Shown: positions 7,117 through 13,965 of the stretch, in pieces
Position numbering within the stretch: the first letter of the stretch is position 1
Layout of the letters: the number at the start of each line of letters is the position of its first letter
Source: an uncultured Candidatus Izemoplasmatales bacterium
GTDB lineage: Bacteria; Bacillota_I; Bacilli_A; Izemoplasmatales; Izemoplasmataceae
NCBI GenBank assembly: GCA_964634385.1
Contig: CAZWIZ010000005.1
Location: 4,849-28,848 of the forward strand
Length of the DNA: 24,000 bases
Reading direction: 5' to 3'
Notes under the pieces: model-generated
The model's database searches: none
Told to the model about the DNA's origin: nothing
Seen by the model: only the letters and a program-made list of their open reading frames with translations
Made by a program: the position numbers and the translations under genes

Positions 7117-7233
7117 CAAGAAACCTTCTAAGGCTTCGGCCTGGGGGCTATGATCCCTCCCGGAATGTCATTTTAAAGCAAATAACTAAGCCGTTTATTG
7201 GTTTGGTTATTTTTTTACCCTCGACCGTTGTAG
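7117..7233 (+). repeat. tRNA-Arg(UCU) 3'-half-like repeat, copy E (long form)
   Basis: TCAAGAAACCTTCTAAGGCtTCGGCCtGGGGGctAtGATCCCTCCCGGAATGtCATTTTAAAGCAAATAACTAAGCC. Loop, then GGTTTGGTTATTT (13-bp stem with two G-U pairs), a T-run and CGACCGTTGTAG. Confidence 0.8.
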
Positions 7234-7362
7234 CTTTAAATTATTATTTACACACCAATATTACTGTGATAAATTGAATATAGGGAGATGGTGTTATAGA
7301 ATGGGGAGACTTGATATTTGAAGACATAGATAGCAATCATTATGATGGCTATTGAAAACCAA

Positions 7363-7446
7363 GAAAACTTCTAAAGAGAAAACCTTGGTTTGAATTACTA
7401 CGGAAGGGTATATAAAACGAAAAGTTCTTTAAATAGGAGTTTTTTT
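7363..7446 (+). repeat. Degenerate tRNA-Arg-like repeat, copy F
   Basis: GAAAACTTCTAAAG...GGTTTGAATTACTACGGAAGGGTA parallels GAAACCTTCTAAGG...GGTTCGAATCCCTCCCGGAATGCCA. Ends in a T-run. Confidence 0.45.
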
Positions 7447-7451
7447 ATGAC

Positions 7452-7480
7452 TTGACAATTTTAATAGCACATGCTAAAAT
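7452..7480 (+). promoter_or_regulatory. Sigma-70-type promoter of the nucleotidyltransferase pair
   Basis: TTGACA (7452-7457), 17 nt, TAAAAT (7475-7480), with an upstream TGc extended -10. Confidence 0.6.
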
Positions 7481-7525
7481 AAGTTTAAATTAATAGTATT
7501 AAAATAAAGATAAAAGGTGAACATT

Positions 7526-8026
7526 ATGAATAAAAAAGAACTTGAAAAAAGAATGATAGAACTAGATACTATTACATACGACTTATATCCTGGCTTAACA
7601 TTTGAATGTGTTATTGTTGGAGGGGGCGCGCTACTAATTAAAGATATAATTAGTAGAGGTACTTTGGATGTAGATGTTTTAGAAGTATCTAAGGAAGTTG
7701 AAGAGTTGTTTGCTGGTTTTGATTTTAACACTAGAGTAAAAGCTGTTTTAGATTGTTTTCCATATAATTATGAAGATAGAATCGAATTAGTGAGTTTAAA
7801 GACTAAGAGTATTTTGTACTATACCCCATCTATTGAGGATTTGATAGTTTCTAAACTATATGCTTATAGAGGTAAAGATATAGAGGATTTAGAAAAAATT
7901 AAGAAAAGCAAGAAATATAATCGAATTCTCTTAGATAGGATTGTGACAGAAGCAAGACTCTCTGCAATTACTGAGAGAAGGTACCTAGAAATGGTAGATT
8001 TATATAACGGATTTTTTAAGGAGTGA
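7526..8026 (+). CDS. Minimal nucleotidyltransferase-fold protein (DUF6036/MNT-like)
   Basis: VIVGGGALLIKDIISRGTLDVDVLE gives the GG..A...T.D.D NTase pattern. Later IEDLIVSKLYAYRGKDIEDL. ATG at 7526 preferred over GTG at 7517 because of the AAGGTGA RBS spacing. Confidence 0.65.
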   Translation: MNKKELEKRMIELDTITYDLYPGLTFECVIVGGGALLIKDIISRGTLDVDVLEVSKEVEELFAGFDFNTRVKAVLDCFPYNYEDRIELVSLKTKSILYYTPSIEDLIVSKLYAYRGKDIEDLEKIKKSKKYNRILLDRIVTEARLSAITERRYLEMVDLYNGFFKE

Positions 8027-8030
8027 TTCT

Positions 8031-8561
8031 ATGAAATTAAAAACATTTAAAAGTTTTCTTGTTGATTACGTGAAGGATATGAATCCAGAGCGATCTTTAA
8101 GTTTGTTTAAAAACGAGAAGTACGTTCTTAATGATAAAAGATTATTAAATGTATATTCATTTTATGTATTATTTAATAGCAACGTAGAAAAAACACTTCT
8201 AAGTAAGAAGGAAAAACTTCCTGAATTATATGACATGTATAGATTATATAAGGAGAAGTATAAAGGGTTTACTTATGGAAATCTTTCTAAAAAGGTAGAT
8301 ATGTTAGATGGATTTGATGAATTGAAACAATTATATAACTCATACAAAAACTTAGTTGTTAATAGGAATTTGCTTCTCAAAAAGCTGTATCATAATAGGA
8401 TAACTAATATTAAGAAGGAAAAGAGTATTACTAATTATAGAATATATACAGATTTAAAACTTAATCATGGGAATACTAATGATTACCTAAAGAATGAAAA
8501 GTATGAAAAACTTTCAATCAATAAGGTAAAATCTATACTTGAATATGTGACTTCAGCATAA
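8031..8561 (+). CDS. Hypothetical protein, partner of the nucleotidyltransferase (possible C-terminal HTH)
   Basis: 176-aa ORF starting 4 nt after the upstream TGA stop. Lys/Asn-rich. The C-terminal segment SITNYRIYTDLKLNHGNTNDYLKNEKYEKLSINKVKSILEYV looks HTH-like by eye only. Confidence 0.55.
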   Translation: MKLKTFKSFLVDYVKDMNPERSLSLFKNEKYVLNDKRLLNVYSFYVLFNSNVEKTLLSKKEKLPELYDMYRLYKEKYKGFTYGNLSKKVDMLDGFDELKQLYNSYKNLVVNRNLLLKKLYHNRITNIKKEKSITNYRIYTDLKLNHGNTNDYLKNEKYEKLSINKVKSILEYVTSA

Positions 8562-8563
8562 TA

Positions 8564-8638
8564 GAAATCTTCTAAGGCGTTTCCTTCCTTTTCTAAGTGT
8601 CCACTAAACGGTACAGTTAGTTTTGGTTTTCTATTTTT
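8564..8638 (+). repeat. Degenerate tRNA-Arg-like repeat, copy G
   Basis: GAAATCTTCTAAGGCGTtTCC... begins 3 nt after the TAA stop at 8559-8561. The 5' 17 nt match the family well. The T-arm part is decayed and ends in T-rich sequence. Confidence 0.5.
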
Positions 8639-8670
8639 GTGATAAAATTAAATTCATAGGAAGTGATTAC

Positions 8671-9036
8671 ATGAATCCATTTACTGAAATATTTGTTTGG
8701 GCTTTAGTTCTCACGATAATACCAATTATTAGTGAAGGATTGGTGTTTTTTAGATTAGTAGATAAAGATGTGAGATTATATTTCCATATTTATTGTGGAC
8801 TAAGAAGAGGAGCAAATATTCTTATTTTCATTTCATTAATGTATCTCATTGGAAATTTTTTTCTACCAATTGTAATTATGCTATTTATTGAGATTATAAT
8901 GGGGATTATTCTCTATAAAAGAATCTTGATAAAGATTTCGCTAAAAAGTTTAGTTATTTATACTACGGTTGCTAATTTAATATCATGGGGAATTATATAT
9001 ATTATTTTTAAGTTTTATTTTTTGAATAAAATATAA
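8671..9036 (+). CDS. Small integral membrane protein (about 4 TM segments)
   Basis: ATG at 8671 preceded by an AGGAAGTG RBS. The ORF-track start at 8623 lies inside repeat copy G. Hydrophobic throughout. Confidence 0.55.
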   Translation: MNPFTEIFVWALVLTIIPIISEGLVFFRLVDKDVRLYFHIYCGLRRGANILIFISLMYLIGNFFLPIVIMLFIEIIMGIILYKRILIKISLKSLVIYTTVANLISWGIIYIIFKFYFLNKI

Positions 9037-9280
9037 TGAATATAGATCTTTATTTCAATTGATTTATGCTTTTTTATAAAAAAATATTTAAAAAGAAAGA
9101 TAATAACTTTTATTAAAGAATATATTTAGTATAATTACGGATAGGTTATTAAATACAGTAAAAACACATACAATAATATAGTTTTGTGTTATTATTGATT
9201 GAAATTAAAAACATGTATGTTCAAAATGAAATTTCTTTGATTGAATGTATGTTAACAAATATAAAGGAGAAATCAAATTA

Positions 9281-10606
9281 ATGACATTTCAAGAATTAAA
9301 TATTATCGAACCTATTTTAAAGGCATTGAAGCTTAAAGAGTATTTAGTGCCAACTCCGATTCAATCTGAATCTATCCCTGTTTTACTACAAAGAAAAGAT
9401 ATACTAGGTAGTGCGCAAACAGGGACAGGAAAAACCGCAGCTTTTGCGATTCCTATTTTACAAAATCTATATTTAGAAAATCATCGTAAATCGTCAAAAA
9501 GAATTATCAAAGCTCTAGTTTTAGCACCGACACGAGAACTTGCATTGCAGATTCATGATAACTTTTTAGAATATGGTAAAAACCTTAATTTAAGAACAAC
9601 AGTAATTTATGGGGGAGTTCCACAATCAAAACAAGTAAGGATTCTAAATCAAGGAGTAGATATTTTGGTAGCAACTCCGGGTAGATTACTCGATTTAGTC
9701 CAACAAAGAAAAATGACTCTTTCAAATGTATCTTACCTAGTGTTAGATGAAGCAGATAGAATGTTGGATATGGGATTTGTAAAAGACGTAAAGAAAATTG
9801 TAGCGATGGTTAAAAAAGAAAGACAGACAATGTTCTTTTCTGCAACAATGCCAAAGGCAATTGTAAGCCTATCAAATGAAATGCTACATAATCCTATAAG
9901 AGTAATGGTAACTCCTGAAGAAGAGACGATTGATAAAATCAAACAGTCTGTTTATTTCGTTGGAAAAAAGAAAAAAATTGATTTACTAGTTGATCTTTTA
10001 AAGAAGAGAGATTTAAAATCAGTTTTGGTGTTTTCGAGAACTAAACATGGTGCAAACCATATTGTAAAACTTTTAGATCAATTGAATATACCTGCAACAG
10101 CAATTCATGGGAATAAATCACAAAGTGCTAGACAAAAAGCATTAGCAGCTTTTAAATCGAAAAAAATACGAGTATTAGTTGCGACTGATATCGCGGCAAG
10201 AGGAATTGATGTAGATGAATTATCTCATGTTATAAATTTTGATTTACCGGAAGTTCCGGAAACATATATTCATCGTATTGGAAGAACAGGACGTGCAGGA
10301 CTAGGTGGGTTTGCCATCTCGTTTTGTTCCAAAGATCAAGCAGACTTACTAAGAGATATTCAAAAACACATCAATATGAAAATACCGGTTATGAAAGATT
10401 CTGTGTATGCTATTGATTTAATAGATATTCCAATTGAAACAAAGAATCAAAATTCTCCAAAAAAGAAAAGACCAAATACTCAAGGAAAACAAAATAAATC
10501 ATATTCTCGTACACGTTCGAAACGTAAAAAGACAGAACCAAAAAACTTTTCAAAACATGATAGTAAGAATCAGTCTAAAAATTATAAAAATAGAAACAAA
10601 CGATAG
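9281..10606 (+). CDS. DEAD-box ATP-dependent RNA helicase with basic C-terminal tail
   Basis: Motifs: Q (PTPIQ), I (AQTGTGKT), Ia (PTRELA), Ib (TPGRL), II (DEAD), III (SAT), VI (HRIGRTGRAG). ATG at 9281 follows an AAAGGAGA RBS. The upstream extension from 9245 was rejected. Confidence 0.92.
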   Translation: MTFQELNIIEPILKALKLKEYLVPTPIQSESIPVLLQRKDILGSAQTGTGKTAAFAIPILQNLYLENHRKSSKRIIKALVLAPTRELALQIHDNFLEYGKNLNLRTTVIYGGVPQSKQVRILNQGVDILVATPGRLLDLVQQRKMTLSNVSYLVLDEADRMLDMGFVKDVKKIVAMVKKERQTMFFSATMPKAIVSLSNEMLHNPIRVMVTPEEETIDKIKQSVYFVGKKKKIDLLVDLLKKRDLKSVLVFSRTKHGANHIVKLLDQLNIPATAIHGNKSQSARQKALAAFKSKKIRVLVATDIAARGIDVDELSHVINFDLPEVPETYIHRIGRTGRAGLGGFAISFCSKDQADLLRDIQKHINMKIPVMKDSVYAIDLIDIPIETKNQNSPKKKRPNTQGKQNKSYSRTRSKRKKTEPKNFSKHDSKNQSKNYKNRNKR

Positions 10607-10610
10607 ATAA

Positions 10611-10693
10611 GAAACTTTCTAAGATGTCTATAAAGATTAAAATTTATTACAGAATGGCAACAAACACTAAAAAAAGCCAATTTGGCTTTTTTT
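10611..10693 (+). repeat. Degenerate tRNA-Arg-like repeat, copy H
   Basis: GAAACTTTCTAAGatGTC...CAGAATGGCA parallels GAAACCTTCTAAGGCGTC...CGGAATGCCA. Begins 5 nt after the helicase TAG stop. Terminator AAAAAAGCC-AATTT-GGCTTTTTTT. Confidence 0.5.
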
Positions 10694-10911
10694 AAAAATC
10701 TACACTACCCTATAGTAATGCTTTTTTGCACTTGTTTAACACTAAAAAAGATTGAATAAGATTTCAACGTAATATTTACAAATGAAAAATAGTTAGATAT
10801 TTTTCATTGATTAATACATAGTTTTATGCAAATTGATATTTTAACTCCTTGGCTTTTATCAGCTTTTAAATAGCATTATATTATTAATAATAAAAAATAA
10901 TAAATATTTTA

Positions 10912-10940
10912 TCAGCAATTTAGTATTAATTTGTTATAAT
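10912..10940 (+). promoter_or_regulatory. Extended -10 promoter driving the structured leader
   Basis: TGtTATAAT (10932-10940) with a weak -35 (TCAGCA, 10912-10917). Confidence 0.5.
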
Positions 10941-10946
10941 ATGATT

Positions 10947-11237
10947 TAGTGGTGCGCCGGTTCAGTTGTACATATATAACTGGTGTAAATCTAGTCTAGT
11001 AAGACATCGAAAGTCGCTAATAGTTAGCCTTAGAACTGAAGCTGTGAGGTAAGGTTTAAGCGTAGGTAAGCATCCAATCTTAAAAACTAAACTGTATGTG
11101 AATATTTGGTAAACTAAGAATATATGAAGAGCCTATTGTCTTAATAAGGCACGTTGGGTTCTGTGAGGGGCTTATAAGACTTTCCTCACGAGGTAAAGAA
11201 ACGAGGTGAAAGTCGAGAATAGTCTACTCGACATATT
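10947..11237 (+). ncRNA. Candidate structured 5' leader or cis-regulatory RNA of unknown class
   Basis: GC-enriched relative to its surroundings, with several stems. CAGTT/AACTG near the 5' end. GTGAGG (11163-11168) / CCTCAC (11184-11189) competes with GACTTTCCTC (11178-11187) / GAGGtgAAAGTC (11203-11214). GTCGAG/CTCGAC (11211-11232) abuts the ATG. No protein-coding signal. Confidence 0.45.
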
Positions 11238-11876
11238 ATGAAAAAAATACAGAAACCGATTTATAATTTTCAACTTGATAATTATGAAGGAAACTTACAA
11301 AAACCAGAACTAACTGATATTATTGAGTATTCAATAATTAATGACAAATCTATGAATAATAAATACGATTTTAGAATTGTTTTTGATTGTTGTAAAATGG
11401 AAAGAGTAACAATGAATAAAAATGAATTTAAACGTAGTGAATTTTTTGATTGTACATTTGAAAATTGTGATTTCTCAAACAATAGTTTTATAAATTCCAC
11501 CTTTATTAGATGCCAGTTTATTAACTGTAGATTTACAGGAAGTCATTTTATTGATAGTTTTTTGAAACATATCGCATTTAAAGATTGTATTGGTAACCTT
11601 CTCGACATGGCTGAGTGTAAATTAGAATTTGTTGAATTTAGCAACATGAATTTACTAGAATCAAATTTCTATACAAATAAGATGAAACAAGTATTTTTTA
11701 ACGAAGTAAATTTAGAAAAATCAACATTTTATGAAACGTCTTTAAAAAATGTTGATTTAAGGACATGCGATATATATGATTTAAAAATAGATGATAAAAG
11801 CATAAGAGGTTCTATTATTTCTTCTTTTCAAGCCCCTCATGTTTGTTATTTGTTGGGAATAATAGTAAAGGACTAA
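11238..11876 (+). CDS. Pentapeptide-repeat protein
   Basis: 212 aa with consecutive A(D/N)LxX-type pentapeptides (FFDCTFENCDFSNNSFINSTFIRCQFINCRFTGSHFIDS...NLEKSTFYETSLKNVDLRTCDI). No obvious SD upstream. Confidence 0.85.
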   Translation: MKKIQKPIYNFQLDNYEGNLQKPELTDIIEYSIINDKSMNNKYDFRIVFDCCKMERVTMNKNEFKRSEFFDCTFENCDFSNNSFINSTFIRCQFINCRFTGSHFIDSFLKHIAFKDCIGNLLDMAECKLEFVEFSNMNLLESNFYTNKMKQVFFNEVNLEKSTFYETSLKNVDLRTCDIYDLKIDDKSIRGSIISSFQAPHVCYLLGIIVKD

Positions 11877-12122
11877 GAGGTGTATTATAAATAGTTATTT
11901 AGCGTATGCATTGGTAATTAGACTATCAATAATCATATAGAAGAAGAGATATTGTTATTTTTTCATATGCAATTTTGAATTGAAAATCGATGTTCTATTT
12001 TCATGGATATCAAAAAAATCTTTCAAAAGTAGCTCTTTTACAATAAATAAATTAAATCTTATATCATGGGAAAATAAATGATATAATATTATTGAAACAG
12101 TCAATTATAAAGGAGTTATATT

Positions 12123-12461
12123 ATGAGAGGATTACGAATTGGAGTAACATTCGTTATTGTATTAGTTTTATTCCTTTTAAGTGTTTTTCAAATGCAATTA
12201 AGAGGATATGAGAAATTAGTAAGAGTTAAAGAATGGACTATTTATTATAAAAGTGAAGAAGGATGTATTGAACAAAAGGATATATTTTATTCAGATGATG
12301 AATATGATTATTACTTTAATTGTGTTTTAAGTGATAAATATTATATTATAAAAAGAGGATTTGAAGAATATTCATTAGTTTATGCCCTTGAAAATGGGTA
12401 TATTGAGATAACTGAAATAGAAGGTATTATTGATTTTCAAATAGCTTCAAATACAAATTGA
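12123..12461 (+). CDS. Small hypothetical protein with N-terminal TM anchor
   Basis: 112-aa ORF with AAGGAG RBS and hydrophobic segment IGVTFVIVLVLFLLSVF. Confidence 0.55.
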   Translation: MRGLRIGVTFVIVLVLFLLSVFQMQLRGYEKLVRVKEWTIYYKSEEGCIEQKDIFYSDDEYDYYFNCVLSDKYYIIKRGFEEYSLVYALENGYIEITEIEGIIDFQIASNTN

Positions 12462-12538
12462 AAAAAATGTCAAAATTATCCATATAGAAATAATACAATA
12501 TATGATAAAATATAAATGAAGATGAGAGGAGAATTACA

Positions 12539-13063
12539 ATGGAATATAAATTTACACAAACATGGACAAAAGAGGATTATGTTGCTTTTGCGATGAATCA
12601 TATGTATATGAGCGTTTTTAAACTATCAAATGTTATTTTATTTACCGTAAGTATTGGATATTTAATAATTACTCCATTAGTTACAGGAGGAGATTATACC
12701 TTTTTCTATTTAGGTATTGGAATCTTTCTATTTTTACTTATTTTTATGCTTTACGCAAAAGTAGGAGCAAAAAAAGCATATGAAAAGAATATTGATTTAA
12801 TGACAATTAATTTCCTTATTAATGATGAAGGAATAACTTATTTAAACAATAACGGGGAATTGTTGAATCAATGGAATTCATTTTATAGTTTTAAGGAAAC
12901 TGAAGATTATTTCTTTATGTATTTTAGTAAACATAAAGGAATGTTACTTGCTAAAAGAGAAATTAGTAATGAACTTCAGAAGTTTATTATTAATAATGTT
13001 TTATCACATATAGTAAATAAAAGAAAAGTCAAACTTTTAAAAGAAAAAGATAATAATATTTAA
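12539..13063 (+). CDS. YcxB-like membrane protein
   Basis: 174 aa. Two central TM helices followed by QWNSFYSFKETEDYFFMYFSKHKGMLLAKREIS, which resembles the YcxB-family C-terminal pattern. GAGGAG RBS. Confidence 0.55.
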   Translation: MEYKFTQTWTKEDYVAFAMNHMYMSVFKLSNVILFTVSIGYLIITPLVTGGDYTFFYLGIGIFLFLLIFMLYAKVGAKKAYEKNIDLMTINFLINDEGITYLNNNGELLNQWNSFYSFKETEDYFFMYFSKHKGMLLAKREISNELQKFIINNVLSHIVNKRKVKLLKEKDNNI

Positions 13064-13075
13064 AAGGAGGATTTA

Positions 13076-13450
13076 ATGGTTAATATCTTATGTATCGATA
13101 ATTCTAAAACAATAAGACAAGTAATTAAAGATTGTGTATTAGATCTAGGTTATGGTTTTTACGAGGCAGAAAATGGAAATGTAGGATTAGAAAAAGCAGA
13201 CATAATTGAAAATCTAAAAATGATTATTGTTGACTGGAATATGCCAGAAATAAGTGGTAAAGAAACATTAAAAAAATTAAAACTTAATCGTAAAATCACT
13301 AACGCTCTATATCTTGTTTTAATTAGGATTGAGAATAAAGATGAAGTTATGGAAGCACTCGAAATGGGAGCAAACGGCTACGTGTTGAAACCTTTTAGTG
13401 TTAAGGAAGTTCAAGATGAAATTGAGAAAATGATAAAAAATGCAGTCTAA
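13076..13450 (+). CDS. Single-domain CheY-like response-regulator receiver (atypical)
   Basis: 124 aa. Phospho-acceptor context IIVDWNMPEISG and conserved KPF are present. The N-terminal acidic pair reads DN, and the usual Thr/Ser position aligns with Arg (LVLIRIE). AAGGAGG RBS. Confidence 0.8.
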   Translation: MVNILCIDNSKTIRQVIKDCVLDLGYGFYEAENGNVGLEKADIIENLKMIIVDWNMPEISGKETLKKLKLNRKITNALYLVLIRIENKDEVMEALEMGANGYVLKPFSVKEVQDEIEKMIKNAV

Positions 13451-13477
13451 GCTGCATTTTTTAAAGAGGTGTTAAAA

Positions 13478-13954
13478 ATGGACATTGAAATATTCGCAGA
13501 TGATTTATTAAAAGAAGATTGTGATTTGACAAATCATCATACTGGATGCCGAGGAATTATTGTAAAAGATAATAAATACTTAATGGTTCATGTTATAAAA
13601 AAAGACGTTTATACTTTTCCAGGTGGTGGACTTGAAGAAAACGAAACATTAGAAGAATGTGCTAAAAGAGAGGTATTAGAAGAAACAGGAATTGAAGTAT
13701 TAGTATTAGAAAAGAAAGTTTCTATTACCGAATATTTTCAAGATAGCGTTTGGACTAACCATTACTTTGTATGTCAATTCCTAAATAATACTAAGAATAT
13801 TTCTTTAACTAAAGAAGAAATATTTTTTGGATTAGAAGTAGTATGGAAAACATTAGATGAAGTGCTAGATATTTTAGAGAATCATCAAACTAATGATATT
13901 TTCGGACCAAATGTTCATAATAGGGAATTTTTAGGGTTTATTAACAGTATTTGA
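13478..13954 (+). CDS. NUDIX hydrolase
   Basis: Nudix box GGGLEENETLEECAKREVLEETGI (Gx5Ex7REUxEExGU). ATG at 13478 follows an AGAGGTG RBS. Confidence 0.85.
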   Translation: MDIEIFADDLLKEDCDLTNHHTGCRGIIVKDNKYLMVHVIKKDVYTFPGGGLEENETLEECAKREVLEETGIEVLVLEKKVSITEYFQDSVWTNHYFVCQFLNNTKNISLTKEEIFFGLEVVWKTLDEVLDILENHQTNDIFGPNVHNREFLGFINSI

Positions 13955-13965
13955 GGAGGGGTAAG

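Noticed and set aside
8623-8670. N-terminal extensions from alternative starts (8623, 9245, 13469, 13951, 17198, 7517)
   Set aside because: Each extension lacks a properly spaced RBS, or runs through a repeat or terminator. A downstream ATG with a good SD exists in every case.
9037-9280. Possible additional repeat copy or regulatory RNA in the long helicase upstream region
   Set aside because: Only a short shared word (TGATTTATGCTTTTTT, also present at 634-649) is seen. There is no TTCTAAGG/T-arm core and no convincing structure, so the evidence is insufficient.
537-10693. CRISPR array interpretation of the recurring repeat
   Set aside because: Spacing is irregular (0.13 to 2.4 kb) and the intervals contain full genes with promoters. 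The copies are degenerate rather than near-identical, and no cas genes are present.
11199-11216. GAGGTGAAAGTCGAG as the RNase P RNA P4 motif (GAGGAAAGTCC)
   Set aside because: The match is imperfect. The rest of an RNase P RNA would have to overlap a clearly genuine pentapeptide-repeat coding sequence.
10952-11237. Group II intron 5' end (GTGCGCC..., plus an AGTTAGCC block reminiscent of domain I)
   Set aside because: There is no domain V-like hairpin with a GNRA loop, no reverse-transcriptase ORF, and the region is far too short for a ribozyme. At most it is a fragment, so it is kept only as an unclassified structured leader.
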